Part shown: in pieces, positions 1 to 12,198 of the stretch | Position numbering within the stretch: position 1 is the stretch's first letter | How the letters are laid out: each line of letters begins with the position of its first letter | From: an uncultured Oscillospiraceae bacterium | GTDB taxonomy: Bacteria > Bacillota > Clostridia > UMGS1883 | Assembly (NCBI GenBank): GCA_964385605.1 | Contig: CAYLPQ010000005.1 | Span: forward strand, 1-58,057 | Length of the DNA: 58,057 bases | Direction: 5' to 3' | Notes under the pieces: generated by a model | Told to the model about the DNA's origin: nothing | The model's input: the letters and a program-made list of their open reading frames with translations, nothing else | Database searches by the model: none | Translations under genes and position numbers: made by a program

Positions 1-739
<739 letters not shown>

Positions 740-752
740 TCATTCCTTTCTT

Positions 753-1580
753 TTAATTAGAGCCTGCTACAATTTCAGTGATTTCCTGCGTTATTGCCGC
801 CTGTCTTGCGCGGTTATACTTCAGACTGAGTTCTTCAATGATTTCACCTGCGTTATCTGTAGCTGCTTCCATTGCTGTGCGGCGTGCACTTAATTCTGAT
901 GCAAGAGATTCGCAAAGACCGCCGTAAACAATGCCGCCTATATAATGGGGTACAATTTTTGAAAATACCGCTTGAGGCGAAGGGTCATATATGATAAGGC
1001 TGTTTTTTGAAGAATTACCTTCTCCGGGGGCAATAGGCAGTATATCCCTGGAACCGGGAATCTGTGTCAGGGCATTTACAAAGCTAGTATAGTAAATCTT
1101 GATAGAGGAAAACTCCTCTCTTAAAAATGCCTCGCAAAGAGCCTGACCGATACTGTTGCAGTCTGAAATTCCCACATCGGCGGCAACTTCATATTCTGTG
1201 GTCAAGAATGTAACATCCTTTTTGCCAAAGTAGTCTACAACCTTTTTTCCTATCGGGAAGATAATGTCCCCGTCGTTATAGGAAACAGATTTAAAAAGAT
1301 TGTTGTTGTACCCGCCGGCAAGACCTCTGTCGCCGGCAATTACAATATGACAAGTCTTGTCACTTTTGTTTGAAGATATAAAAGGCGATGAAAAATCCTT
1401 ATTGGATGAAGCTATATCTGAAAGCGCCTCGGAAAGAGTTTCGAAGAAGGGTCTGCTTTTCTCAATTCTTTCCTTTGCCTTTTTCATCTTACTTGTTGCA
1501 ACAAGTTGCATTGCTTTAGTGATTTGTCTGGTGTTTTCTACGCTTTTTATTCGGTTTTTAATTGCTTTCATTGAAGGCAT
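753..1580 (-). CDS. atpG: F1 ATP synthase gamma subunit
   Basis: N-terminus MPSMKAIKNRIKSVENTRQITKAMQLVATSKM and C-terminus NRARQAAITQEITEIV are typical of gamma. The gene sits between atpA and atpD. Confidence 0.95.
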   Translation of the reverse strand: MPSMKAIKNRIKSVENTRQITKAMQLVATSKMKKAKERIEKSRPFFETLSEALSDIASSNKDFSSPFISSNKSDKTCHIVIAGDRGLAGGYNNNLFKSVSYNDGDIIFPIGKKVVDYFGKKDVTFLTTEYEVAADVGISDCNSIGQALCEAFLREEFSSIKIYYTSFVNALTQIPGSRDILPIAPGEGNSSKNSLIIYDPSPQAVFSKIVPHYIGGIVYGGLCESLASELSARRTAMEAATDNAGEIIEELSLKYNRARQAAITQEITEIVAGSN

Positions 1581-1591
1581 AGCGCTTCACC

Positions 1592-3106
1592 TCACTTAGT
1601 GCTGAGAAATTTATCACAGCATTCGGCAATTGCTGTTTTGAGAAGAGTCTCCACTTCTTCGGAAAGAATACCGGTCTCTCTGATTGATTCACCGATTTTG
1701 GGATAAGTGCTGTCTGTGTAATCGAACAGAGCACTCTCAAATGCTGAAACATCGCTAACGGCAATGTCCTTAAGATAGTCGTTGATAACCGCATAAATTA
1801 TCATAACTTGATGCTCTACCGAAACGGGAGCATTTCTATCCTGTTTGAGAACTTCCACGATACGGGCACCCTGGTCAAGACGCATTTTTGTATCTGCGTC
1901 AAGGTCGCTGCCAAACTGTGCGAATGATTGAAGCTCGCGGTACTGTGAATAGAGAAGCTTAAGAGTACCTGCCACCTTTTTCATAGCCTTAATCTGTGCG
2001 TTACCGCCAACACGGCTTACAGATATACCGGGGTTAACAGCAGGCATTACACCTGAATGGAAAAGCTCTGTTTCAAGGAATATCTGACCATCGGTAATTG
2101 AAATTACGTTGGTGGGAATGTATGCTGATACGTCACCTGCCTGTGTTTCAATAATGGGAAGTGCTGTAAGCGAGCCTCCACCGTATTCCGGAGCAAGACG
2201 TGCCGCTCTTTCAAGAAGTCTTGAATGCAGGTAGAATACATCACCGGGGTAAGCTTCACGTCCCGGGGGACGGCGGATAAGAAGGGAAAGAGCACGGTAT
2301 GCAACCGCGTGCTTTGAAAGGTCATCGTAAATAACCAGTACATCCTTACCCTGATACATAAAATATTCACCGATAGCACAACCGGAGTAGGGAGCAATGT
2401 ACTGCATGGGAGCAAGCTCACTTGCAGTTGCGGCAACAACAGTTGTATAATCCATAGCACCGGTTTTTTCGAGCATATCAACAAGCTGTGCAACGGTTGA
2501 CTTTTTCTGACCGATTGCAACGTAAATGCAGATTACGTCTTTTCCGCGCTGATTGATAATTGTATCGATACCTATAGTTGATTTACCCGTCTGACGGTCG
2601 CCGATAATAAGCTCGCGCTGACCGCGGCCGATGGGAATCATAGAGTCAATGGCCTTTATACCGGTCTGCAGGGGAACACTCACGGATTTTCTTTCAATAA
2701 TTCCGGGAGCGGCAGACTCAATGGGACGCACTTGTGATGTCTTGATGTCGCCCTTTCCGTCGATAGGCTGACCGAGAGCATTTACAACTCTGCCGATTAA
2801 TTCCTCGCCAACGGGCACACTTACAACATTGCCTGTGCGTTTAACAATATCGCCCTCGCGGATTTCACTGTCAGAGCCGAGAATAACAAGGCTTACAAGA
2901 TTTTCTTCAAGGTTAAGTGCCATTGCAACTTCACCGTTTGAGAACTCTACAAGCTCATTACTCATACAGTTATCAAGACCTTTTACCTTTGCAATACCGT
3001 CACCAACCTCAACAACGTAGCCGGTTTCCTTCTGCTCTGTTTTATTTGAATAATTCTTAATCTGATCTTTTATGATTTTGCTTATTTCGTCTGATTTGAG
3101 CTGCAT
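1592..3106 (-). CDS. atpA: F1 ATP synthase alpha subunit
   Basis: 504 aa with Walker [10 protein letters not shown] and conserved alpha-subunit blocks. Operon position fits. Confidence 0.97.
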   Translation of the reverse strand: MQLKSDEISKIIKDQIKNYSNKTEQKETGYVVEVGDGIAKVKGLDNCMSNELVEFSNGEVAMALNLEENLVSLVILGSDSEIREGDIVKRTGNVVSVPVGEELIGRVVNALGQPIDGKGDIKTSQVRPIESAAPGIIERKSVSVPLQTGIKAIDSMIPIGRGQRELIIGDRQTGKSTIGIDTIINQRGKDVICIYVAIGQKKSTVAQLVDMLEKTGAMDYTTVVAATASELAPMQYIAPYSGCAIGEYFMYQGKDVLVIYDDLSKHAVAYRALSLLIRRPPGREAYPGDVFYLHSRLLERAARLAPEYGGGSLTALPIIETQAGDVSAYIPTNVISITDGQIFLETELFHSGVMPAVNPGISVSRVGGNAQIKAMKKVAGTLKLLYSQYRELQSFAQFGSDLDADTKMRLDQGARIVEVLKQDRNAPVSVEHQVMIIYAVINDYLKDIAVSDVSAFESALFDYTDSTYPKIGESIRETGILSEEVETLLKTAIAECCDKFLSTK

Positions 3107-3118
3107 TGTTTCACCTCA

Positions 3119-3649
3119 TTAATTATCGCAGATCTGCGCTCTGATAGCATCAAGCCGTGAACGTACACTTGCATCAGTCTGCGAATTTTCTGTTCTTATA
3201 ACTATACCGCCCAGAATTTTTTTATCAACTCTGTATTCGGGAACAATTGTCTTTGAATATTCCTTTTCAAGCTTGGAAACAAGCTTTTCTTTAAGGGCAT
3301 CACTCAAAGGAACTGCCGTTATGACGGTAATTTTTTCGATATTATTAACTTTGTTATATAATTTTTCATACTGCTTCACGCAGTCGGAAAAAGTGTGAGT
3401 ACACTTCTTCTCACACAGAAGCTTGATGAAGTTAAGGACGTATTCCTCTGCTCCCGAAAAAGCCTTGTCAATAAGACCAAGCCTTTCCTCAAGGGGAAGA
3501 GTGGGAGTGTCAAGAAGCTTGGGATAATCTTTGTTTTCTGCAAGGATAGCGCCGACTTCCTTTAATTCCTCCATAATGGAATCCGTCTTGTTTTCATCCT
3601 GTGCAAGTGAAAAAAGCGATGCGGCATATACCGAAGAAAATGAACTCAT
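3119..3649 (-). CDS. atpH: ATP synthase delta (OSCP) subunit
   Basis: 176 aa, located between atpF and atpA. Its stop/start overlaps atpF. Confidence 0.85.
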   Translation of the reverse strand: MSSFSSVYAASLFSLAQDENKTDSIMEELKEVGAILAENKDYPKLLDTPTLPLEERLGLIDKAFSGAEEYVLNFIKLLCEKKCTHTFSDCVKQYEKLYNKVNNIEKITVITAVPLSDALKEKLVSKLEKEYSKTIVPEYRVDKKILGGIVIRTENSQTDASVRSRLDAIRAQICDN

Positions 3650-4152
3650 CTTTTCTCACCCCAGTTGTCTATAAATTCTTCAACAAGTTTCTCATGATCT
3701 TTTTCGTTAATATCTTTTTCAATAACTTTTTCGGCAACACCAACAGCTATTGAAGCTATGTCGTTTCTGATTTCCTTAACAGCAGCCTGCTTTTCAAGCT
3801 CAATTTCTTTTTCAGCCTTGCTGATTACTGCAGCAGCTTTTTCCTGCGCTTCAGAAACAATCTTTTCTCCCTTGATTGTAGCATCTTTTGTAGCTTCTTT
3901 TACTATTCTTGCCGCTTCTTCTTTTGCTCCTGAAAGGCTTTCTGTATATTCCTTCTCAAGAACTTCGGCATTTTTTTGTGCCGCCTCGGCCTTTTCATAC
4001 ATAGAATTGACTTCATCTTCGCGCTGTTTAAGCATTTTTGTAACAGGCTTGAATAACAGCTTTTTCATTATGAAAACAAGAATAATCAAGTTAATCCATG
4101 TGAAAATAATTGTCCATGGAGCGATAGAGACGAACTCCTGAAATTTTTCCAT
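3646..4152 (-). CDS. atpF: ATP synthase F0 b subunit
   Basis: One N-terminal TM helix followed by a long charged Ala/Glu/Lys-rich helix. Operon position fits. Confidence 0.85.
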   Translation of the reverse strand: MEKFQEFVSIAPWTIIFTWINLIILVFIMKKLLFKPVTKMLKQREDEVNSMYEKAEAAQKNAEVLEKEYTESLSGAKEEAARIVKEATKDATIKGEKIVSEAQEKAAAVISKAEKEIELEKQAAVKEIRNDIASIAVGVAEKVIEKDINEKDHEKLVEEFIDNWGEKR

Positions 4153-4218
4153 TTCAAAACCTCCTCATTTTATCATGGGGCGTAAAAATGTCTTTTACAC
4201 CCCTTAAAGAATACAAAT

Positions 4219-5232
<1,014 letters not shown>

Positions 5233-5236
<4 letters not shown>

Positions 5237-5631
5237 GAAATTTCACTTCCTTTATGTCTTTGCGAGTTTATAAAACCTACGATGTGTATGGCAATCCTCT
5301 GGAAAAGAATAGGTATAACAGCCGCCCAAAAATGAATAATGTCAATTTTCGCTGCAATAATTATCATTACAGCAGTAAGAATTAAGCGGGAATTATAGCT
5401 CAATGCCATATGTGCTTTTGCACCATTCTCACCTTTTTTAATACTCTTTTTTACGGAATAAGCTAAGTAAAAGAAATTCAGTGAAGTAAATGTGCATCCA
5501 TACAGTACACCTATTAATATGTCAATCCGAAAAGATAAGCCCACCAGAAAAACAATAAATTCCATAAGTCCAAATAAAAAGACTACACCGGTGAATTTTG
5601 CCGCTTCTATATAAACAGAATTATCTTTCAT
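5233..5631 (-). CDS. atpI: ATP synthase protein I (AtpI-like small membrane protein)
   Basis: Start trimmed to MKDNSVYIEAAKF at 5631, preceded by AAGGAG. About 130 aa and hydrophobic, immediately upstream of atpB. Confidence 0.6.
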
Positions 5632-5854
5632 CCTCTTTCTCCTTTCCGGATAACTTTTGTATATATTTGATAAATGACAATATGGCACTTCCAGCTCCGA
5701 GAATTATACCTGCGACCATAATTCCGTTCCCAAGGGAAAATATGCTACGAATCCATGATGTAATAAATATCCATAACAGGAAGGAAATAACTACATTAAG
5801 ACCAAGTTGTGATATATTTCCCAGGGCTTCAAATATTTCTTTATGTTTTTTCAT
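5621..5854 (-). CDS. AtpZ/AtpI-family small membrane protein
   Basis: 77 aa with two TM helices, as the first gene of the atp operon. This is the usual position of AtpZ in Firmicutes. Confidence 0.55.
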   Translation of the reverse strand: MKKHKEIFEALGNISQLGLNVVISFLLWIFITSWIRSIFSLGNGIMVAGIILGAGSAILSFIKYIQKLSGKEKEDER

Positions 5855-5857
5855 AGC

Positions 5858-6997
5858 TTACTGCCACTCTACAGGGCGGCAGCTTGTTATACCGAAATGA
5901 TAAAGTATAGCATCTGCAATTCTTCTTGATGCGTTACCGTCGCCGTAGGGATTAACTGCAACACTCATCTTGTGGTATTCAACCTCATCAATGAGGAGCT
6001 GTGAAGCCAGTGAGTATATAATATCCTCTTCCGTGCCTGCTATTTTAACAGTGCCTGCTTCTGCGGCTTCAGGTCTCTCCGTCTCTCCGCGAAGAACAAG
6101 AACAGGCTTGCCAAGCGCAGGTGCCTCCTCCTGAAGACCGCCGGAGTCTGTCAGAATAAGGTATGCATTATTCATAGCATTATGCATAACATCAACATCC
6201 AGAGGATCTACAAGATGTACTCTGGGAACATTGCCGAGAATTGAAAATACAGTTTCACGTACTGCAGGGTTGAGATGTACGGGATAAACAACCTCAACAT
6301 CGGGAAAATCCCGGACAAGCCGCTGTACTGCCCTGCAAATATTTTCAAGTGGAGCACCAAGATTTTCCCTTCTGTGGGCGGTCATAAAGATAATTCTTTT
6401 TGACATATCAATTCCCTCGAGGGGTGTACCTGCAAAAGAGAAATCTCTCTTGATTGTTGTCTTGAATGCGTCTATAACTGTGTTGCCTGTTACAAATATG
6501 CTGTCGGGATTTACACCCTCATTTATAAGATTTGCACGGTTGTTTACAGTGGGAGAAAAATGCAGGTCAGAAATAACACCGGTAAGACGACGGTTCATTT
6601 CTTCGGGGAAAGGAAAATACTTGTCATAAGTACGAAGTCCTGCCTCAACATGACCTACCTTAATCTGATTGTAGTATGCGGCAAGACTGCCTGCAAATGT
6701 AGTTGAGGTATCACCATGAACGAGAACAAGGTCGGGCTTTTCATTCCTGAAAACCTCCTCAAGTCCTGTAAGGGCTTTGGTGGTAATCCCTGCAAGAGTC
6801 TGCCTTTCTGTCATAATGTTCAAATCGAAGTCCGGCTTGATTTCAAACAAATCCAGAACCATGTCAAGCATTTCTCTGTGCTGTGCTGTTACACATACCT
6901 TGCAGTCAATTGAAGGACGTGACTGCAGCTCGTATATCAGCGGAGCCATTTTGATAGCTTCTGGACGGGTGCCGAACACTGTGAAAACTTTAATCAT
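5858..6997 (-). CDS. mnaA: UDP-N-acetylglucosamine 2-epimerase (non-hydrolysing)
   Basis: MIKVFTVFGTRPEAIKMAPL...HVEAGLRT...TDSGGLQEEAPALGKPVLVLR are hallmark WecB/MnaA blocks. The start is placed at the ATG at 6997, which has a GGAG upstream. The track ORF extends to 7009. Confidence 0.9.
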   Translation of the reverse strand: MIKVFTVFGTRPEAIKMAPLIYELQSRPSIDCKVCVTAQHREMLDMVLDLFEIKPDFDLNIMTERQTLAGITTKALTGLEEVFRNEKPDLVLVHGDTSTTFAGSLAAYYNQIKVGHVEAGLRTYDKYFPFPEEMNRRLTGVISDLHFSPTVNNRANLINEGVNPDSIFVTGNTVIDAFKTTIKRDFSFAGTPLEGIDMSKRIIFMTAHRRENLGAPLENICRAVQRLVRDFPDVEVVYPVHLNPAVRETVFSILGNVPRVHLVDPLDVDVMHNAMNNAYLILTDSGGLQEEAPALGKPVLVLRGETERPEAAEAGTVKIAGTEEDIIYSLASQLLIDEVEYHKMSVAVNPYGDGNASRRIADAILYHFGITSCRPVEWQ

Positions 6998-7066
6998 AAG
7001 AATCTCCAATCTGCCGTTAAAGGCCGTTAAACCTTGTTGGGGTCTGCTCCCCGTGGCTTAATCATT

Positions 7067-8125
7067 TTAATGTGAAGTATGGTCTTCCTTTTCTGAAAGA
7101 TACTCAATAATTTTTGGTGTGAATTTAAGGAACAGTATAAGTCCTGCAATTACTGCCAGGAGCACCCACCAGGAGACAGCACCTGTTGCAATAAGGACAA
7201 CCGCACTTATACACAGTACCAGACAAAGAGAATATATTATAAGAACAGCCTGTTTCTGTGAAAAACCGGAATCTACAAGTCTGTGATGAAGATGCCCTCT
7301 GTCAGGAGACATAATGGGCTGATGATTGCGCATTCTGCGAATAATTGCAGAAAGTGTATCAAAGATAGGAAGTCCGAGTATAAGAATAGGAGCTGCGATA
7401 CTTATAATCGCATATCCTTTGAAAAGTCCCTGTACTGATACCGTGCTTAACACAAAGCCGAGGAACAGGGCCCCTGTATCACCCATAAAGAGCTTTGCCG
7501 GATTAAAGTTGTATGGCAAAAATCCGAAACATGCACCTGCAAGAGCGCTTGTTACAAAGGCAACATCTCCTTCTCCGACAATTATTGCTATAACAAGGAG
7601 TGTCAGCGCAGAAATCGAAGATACACCGCAGGCGAGTCCGTCAAGACCGTCAAGAAGATTTACCGCATTGGTAATTCCCACAATCCATATAACCGTAATG
7701 GGGATAGAAAGCCATCCAAGACCTATATAACCGTATTCGGATATAAGCTCCGGAACTCTGATAAAGTCAATTCTCACACCTGCAAGAACGGGGCAGAGAG
7801 CCGCAACAATCTGTACTGCAAATTTCAGCTTGGCATTAAGAGCATATATGTCGTCGAAAACACCAAGAGTCACTATAATTGCGCATCCTATAAGCATACC
7901 AATCATTTCGGGGTCAAAATCCGCGAAAAAAATGACACTTATCAGAAAACCGAAAAATATAGCAAGTCCACCAAGTCGTGCCGTAGGCTTTTTATGCATA
8001 CGGCGATTGTCTTTCGGTATATCAACCGCACCTATTCTGAATGCAAGCTTTTTTACAAAAGGTGTTGCGGAAAATGTAATTATAAATGCTACGATAAAAG
8101 CTACAAGAAGATTTTTACTCATCAT
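7067..8125 (-). CDS. tagO: Undecaprenyl-phosphate GlcNAc-1-phosphate transferase (GT4, MraY/WecA/TagO family)
   Basis: Polytopic membrane protein with the NAVNLLDGLDGLA motif and the cytoplasmic loop PKDNRRMHKKPTARLGG. Confidence 0.85.
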   Translation of the reverse strand: MMSKNLLVAFIVAFIITFSATPFVKKLAFRIGAVDIPKDNRRMHKKPTARLGGLAIFFGFLISVIFFADFDPEMIGMLIGCAIIVTLGVFDDIYALNAKLKFAVQIVAALCPVLAGVRIDFIRVPELISEYGYIGLGWLSIPITVIWIVGITNAVNLLDGLDGLACGVSSISALTLLVIAIIVGEGDVAFVTSALAGACFGFLPYNFNPAKLFMGDTGALFLGFVLSTVSVQGLFKGYAIISIAAPILILGLPIFDTLSAIIRRMRNHQPIMSPDRGHLHHRLVDSGFSQKQAVLIIYSLCLVLCISAVVLIATGAVSWWVLLAVIAGLILFLKFTPKIIEYLSEKEDHTSH

Positions 8126-8148
8126 AACCGATTACCTCTCAATCAGCT

Positions 8149-9153
8149 TCAGATTACAAAGCCAACTTTCTTTTTTACTTTTGATATGGTGCGACGGGCA
8201 ATGGCATTTGCGGTTTCAGCACCGTTTTTGTATACACTTTCAAGGTAATCCTTGTTTTTCATAAGGTCATCGTATTTTTCCTGAATGGGTTTAAGATGCT
8301 CCGCCACAGCCTCTCCGACGGCGGTTTTGAAATCGCCGTAGCCTTTGCCGGAAAATTCATTCACTGCTTCGTCAATGCTCTTTCCGGTCACAGACGAATA
8401 TATTGCAAGGAGGTTGTTTACACCGTCCTTACCCTCACGATAACAGATTTCAGCTTCGGAGTCTGTAACAGCACGTTTAATCTTGCGGATAATGTCTTCG
8501 GGCTTATCAAGCAGGAAAATACATCCGTTGGGATTGGGGTCACTCTTTGACATTTTTGCAGTAGGTGTCTGCAGACTCATAATTTTTGCACCTGCGTTTT
8601 TGTCGGGGATATATCCCTCCGGAATGATGAAAGTATCCGAATAGAGAGTATTGAAGCGATGTGCAATATCTCTGGCAAGCTCAAGATGCTGTTTCTGATC
8701 TGCACCCACGGGAACAAGGTCTGTCTGGTACAGAAGAATATCTGCCGCCATAAGAACAGGGTAAGTGTAAAGTCCTGCGTTTATGTTTTCGGGGTGCTTC
8801 TGTGACTTATCCTTGAACTGTGTCATACGGTTAAGCTCACCCATCTGTGTAAAACAGTTGAGAATCCAGCCGAGCTCTGCGTGGGCAGGCACATGACTTT
8901 GTATAAACATAATGTTTTTTTCTGCGTCAAGTCCGCAGGCAATATACTGTGCAAGGAGTGAGATCGTATTCTTGCGCAGCTTTGCCGCTTCCTGCCTTAC
9001 AGTAATTGCGTGCATATCAACAACACTGAAAATACAGCTGTACTCGTCCTGAAGCTTGGTCCAGTGCTTGAGTGCACCAAGGTAATTGCCAAGTGTTACC
9101 GAATCACTTGAAGGCTGTATTCCTGAAAATATAACTTTCTTGTCATTAATCAT
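8149..9153 (-). CDS. trpS: Tryptophan--tRNA ligase
   Basis: Class I signatures: HIGH-like TLGNYLGA and KMSKS (AKMSKSDPN). Start trimmed to MINDKKVIFSGIQPS, which has an AGAGGGA RBS. Confidence 0.95.
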   Translation of the reverse strand: MINDKKVIFSGIQPSSDSVTLGNYLGALKHWTKLQDEYSCIFSVVDMHAITVRQEAAKLRKNTISLLAQYIACGLDAEKNIMFIQSHVPAHAELGWILNCFTQMGELNRMTQFKDKSQKHPENINAGLYTYPVLMAADILLYQTDLVPVGADQKQHLELARDIAHRFNTLYSDTFIIPEGYIPDKNAGAKIMSLQTPTAKMSKSDPNPNGCIFLLDKPEDIIRKIKRAVTDSEAEICYREGKDGVNNLLAIYSSVTGKSIDEAVNEFSGKGYGDFKTAVGEAVAEHLKPIQEKYDDLMKNKDYLESVYKNGAETANAIARRTISKVKKKVGFVI

Positions 9154-9215
9154 AGTATCCCTCTTAATTTCCAATAAATAATGTAATTTGAAAATTTAAA
9201 CAAATTCCTTTCTAC

Positions 9216-9244
9216 ATTCTACCACAAAATACAGTATAATGTAA
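9216..9244 (-). promoter_or_regulatory. Putative sigma-70-type promoter for trpS
   Basis: On the minus strand: TTACAT, a 17-nt spacer, then TAGAAT, about 60 nt upstream of the trpS start. Confidence 0.4.
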
Positions 9245-9281
9245 AGGCTTTTTTAAAAATTCATAAAAGCTTAAAAAATAC

Positions 9282-9338
9282 GAAATAATTCAAAAAACAC
9301 TTCGCAAAAGAAATGCGAAGTGTTTTTTGAATTATTTC
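9282..9338. terminator. Long perfect hairpin (25-bp stem, 7-nt loop) with U-runs on both strands; bidirectional terminator
   Basis: GAAATAATTCAAAAAACACTTCGCA-aaagaaa-TGCGAAGTGTTTTTTGAATTATTTC. It overlaps the stop codon of the 9332..9607 gene. Confidence 0.6.
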
Positions 9339-9607
9339 TTTTTCTTGGATTCTGCCGTGAGAGCCATTTCGCCGTTAAGGTACATTGCCACCAACCCAAG
9401 AAGTACAAGAATTGAGGTGATATACACAATAACAGGGATGAAGTCTTTATAAATGAATTCACATATCATAGCTGCGGTATCGCCGCCGATAATGAGTGCC
9501 GCAACATAGCCGAAAAATGTGAGTCCACCGGCAAAAAGGGTTATCATAATGCCGTAGCCGAAGATTTTCTTAAGCACAGCAGAGATTTTTTTCAATACGT
9601 TTTTCAT
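9332..9607 (-). CDS. Small hydrophobic membrane protein (91 aa), unknown function
   Basis: Two to three predicted TM helices and a lysine-rich tail. It starts 15 nt downstream of the DctM-like permease, so is probably co-transcribed. Confidence 0.5.
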   Translation of the reverse strand: MKNVLKKISAVLKKIFGYGIMITLFAGGLTFFGYVAALIIGGDTAAMICEFIYKDFIPVIVYITSILVLLGLVAMYLNGEMALTAESKKKK

Positions 9608-9622
9608 GATTGCACCTCCAGA

Positions 9623-10981
9623 TTAAAGACCAAGGATGGGAAGCCATCCCATAAGACAGACTAATTCCAGAATAAACTGTGCAGCAACCCACCAGAGATT
9701 GTTCTTGAAAGTTTTGCCGAACTCTGCTTCCGAAAGTGTCATACCTGCATACATACCAAGTCCCAGAGGAGGAGTTATTCCGCACATTACACCGCAAATA
9801 CAGGGAAGCATTGCAGCTGCAAGGAGGGGGTCGACACCAACTGTTTCAAGAGTTGAAATAAAAGTAGCACCGAATATTACAACCAGTGAAGAGCCGGGGA
9901 TTACCATACCGAGGAAACAGGTAAGCAGGCAGATGAAGAATACCATACCAAACTTGCTGAATTCCATAGAGATGATAAATTCCTTCATTTCTTCAGCAAC
10001 GTTCATATCATTGAAGAGTGCACCTACCATATAACCAATAATACATACACCGATTGCAGGAGAAATAGACTTAACTCCCTTTGCAAACATGTCGGCAATA
10101 GCTGAAAGTGAAACGGTTTTCTTATCCTTTGTTATAAGGCATGTATACATAGCAGATATACCTGCGATGAAAAGGAGAAGTGAGCCTGAAAGTGCCTTTG
10201 CACCTGCTGCACCGAGTCGAGAGGTGAAGAAATTGTCCTTAAAAGCATAGTCAAGAACGAAGGGAAGGAGTATAACCACAGGAAGCAAAAGTCCCTGCCA
10301 ACCCTGTTTGAACACCTCTTTGAGGTTAGGAAGGTCTTCTTTTTTCATAGGCTCAACCTTGTAATATTTACAGAATGCCCACACCATTACAATTCTTTGC
10401 AGAATAAACCAGAGTGATATACCCCACAGAACAATCCAGAACTGTCCCTGGGAGAGATTCTTTTCGGGGTAAAGCGCAACAAATGCGCCCATAGCTGCAA
10501 CGATATTTGAAGACGGGGGAATCATATTTCCAAGATAGCTTGCATTGCTTTCGATATTACCGGCAAGCTCGCGGGGGAATCCTGACCTTATCATAGCGGG
10601 GATTGTAAGAGTACCGGTTGCCATTACATTTCCGGGACCGCTTCCTGAAAGGGCACCCATAAAAGCTGATGCAATAACTGATACGTAACCCGCGCCGCCA
10701 CGGATTCTTCCAAGAAGTGAAAGAATAATTGCAACGCAACCGTCAATAACCTTTGTTTTTGTAAGAATTATCGACATGGCAACAAACGAAGTCATTGAGT
10801 AAATAAGTGAAGTGGAAAGTCCGGAATCTATGTAACTCCAGATATTTCCCCATGTACCGCTTACTGTAAGAAGTACAAGAAAACTGAGAAGAATTGCTTC
10901 GTAAACAGGTCTCTTGAAGACTACAAACCATACGATTACAACAAGCAGCAAAATACTTAAGTAAAGGAATGCCTGTGGCAT
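9623..10981 (-). CDS. TRAP-transporter large permease family (DctM-like) membrane protein
   Basis: GGAGYVSVIASAFMGALSGSGPGNVMATGTLTIPAM and C-terminal GITPPLGLGMYAG resemble conserved DctM blocks. No DctP or DctQ gene is adjacent. Confidence 0.7.
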   Translation of the reverse strand: MPQAFLYLSILLLVVIVWFVVFKRPVYEAILLSFLVLLTVSGTWGNIWSYIDSGLSTSLIYSMTSFVAMSIILTKTKVIDGCVAIILSLLGRIRGGAGYVSVIASAFMGALSGSGPGNVMATGTLTIPAMIRSGFPRELAGNIESNASYLGNMIPPSSNIVAAMGAFVALYPEKNLSQGQFWIVLWGISLWFILQRIVMVWAFCKYYKVEPMKKEDLPNLKEVFKQGWQGLLLPVVILLPFVLDYAFKDNFFTSRLGAAGAKALSGSLLLFIAGISAMYTCLITKDKKTVSLSAIADMFAKGVKSISPAIGVCIIGYMVGALFNDMNVAEEMKEFIISMEFSKFGMVFFICLLTCFLGMVIPGSSLVVIFGATFISTLETVGVDPLLAAAMLPCICGVMCGITPPLGLGMYAGMTLSEAEFGKTFKNNLWWVAAQFILELVCLMGWLPILGL

Positions 10982-11120
10982 ATTAATCCCTCCTGTTATT
11001 CTGAAATGGTTATAGAAATCATTCCGTAATGGTTATAATATAACACGGCTGAAAAATTTTGTCAATAGCAGAGTTGAAATTTTTTACAAGTAATTTTGGA
11101 AATACTCAAATATCGTAGTA

Positions 11121-11149
11121 TTGACTTATGTGGGTAAATTTGTTAAAAT
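11121..11149 (+). promoter_or_regulatory. Putative sigma-70-type promoter for the SGNH/MBOAT/LysR genes
   Basis: TTGACT, a 17-nt spacer, then TAAAAT, about 28 nt upstream of the ATG at 11177. Confidence 0.5.
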
Positions 11150-11176
11150 AGAAAAAACTATACAAAGGTGGTTTCT

Positions 11177-12172
11177 ATGAAAAAACGAATTCAATTATTT
11201 TCTATAAAAATAATTTTTGCAATGATAATAGCTTTTGTGATACTCAATCTGATATGTATGCTTTATTACAACTGTGCGATTCATAGTCGTTCTGAAACCG
11301 GCTCAACTGATTATGTGTGGGAAAAAAATAAATTTTATTCAAGAGGCACAGAGGGATTTGCTTGTGGCACTACAGATACTAATGGATTTAATAACCTGAA
11401 GACTTTTGATAAAGGTGATATTGATATTCTTGTGATGGGTTCGTCTCATATGGAAGCCTTTAATGTAAGCCAGGATAAAAATGCAGTGGCAATTCTTAAT
11501 GAAAAGAATTGTGAAGCCAATAGTGGTATGAATGCTTACAATATAGGAGTTTCGGGTCATGTGCTTGTGAGATGTCTGAATAATGCAGTAAACGCAATCA
11601 ATGAATTTGCGCCTCAAAAATACCTGGTTATTGAAACTTCTTCTGTTGCTCCGAATGTAGATCTCATGGAAAAGGCCTTGGCGGGAACTTTGCTTCCTAT
11701 TCCGTCCAACAACGAAGGTATTATAGGACAGCTACAGAAATTTCCTTTCCTGAGACGTGCATATAGTCAAATTGAAAACTTGATGCAGAATGATGGTGGT
11801 CAAGATGAAGGGGTAGAAGTACAGACCGGAGAGGAATGTTATATTTTGTTGGATGAACTTCTTGGGAAAGTTGACCGTGAATGTGACGAGAAAGGAATTC
11901 AACTGGTTATTCTTTATCAGAGTGCTCTGGACATTGATGAAGACGGAAAGGTGTTATCGCAGGATAATATTCAGGACATTGAGAATTTCAAGTCTGTATG
12001 CGATAAATACGGAATGACTTTTATCGATATGCATGAAGCTTTTAAGACAAATTATAAAAAAACACATAATTTGCCTCACGGTTTTTCAAATTCACGAATA
12101 GGCAGAGGTCACTTAAACGAGACGGGACACAGTCTTATAGCGAATGTGCTGTTTGATGCATTGTGCAAATAA
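11177..12172 (+). CDS. Membrane-anchored SGNH/DltD/AlgJ-like O-acyltransferase partner protein
   Basis: N-terminal TM anchor, then a GDS-like block (ILVMGSSHMEAF) and a C-terminal His block (GHLNETGH). It lies directly upstream of an MBOAT gene. Start trimmed to MKKRIQLF, which has an AAGGTGG RBS. Confidence 0.6.
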   Translation: MKKRIQLFSIKIIFAMIIAFVILNLICMLYYNCAIHSRSETGSTDYVWEKNKFYSRGTEGFACGTTDTNGFNNLKTFDKGDIDILVMGSSHMEAFNVSQDKNAVAILNEKNCEANSGMNAYNIGVSGHVLVRCLNNAVNAINEFAPQKYLVIETSSVAPNVDLMEKALAGTLLPIPSNNEGIIGQLQKFPFLRRAYSQIENLMQNDGGQDEGVEVQTGEECYILLDELLGKVDRECDEKGIQLVILYQSALDIDEDGKVLSQDNIQDIENFKSVCDKYGMTFIDMHEAFKTNYKKTHNLPHGFSNSRIGRGHLNETGHSLIANVLFDALCK

Positions 12173-12198
12173 AAGCAAACAGAAAGTTGGGATTATAG

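Noticed and set aside
9154-9331. T-box leader upstream of trpS
   Set aside because: The leader is only about 60-150 nt, with no T-box conserved sequence, specifier-loop architecture or terminator/antiterminator pair. The big hairpin at 9282-9338 belongs to the end of the upstream gene.
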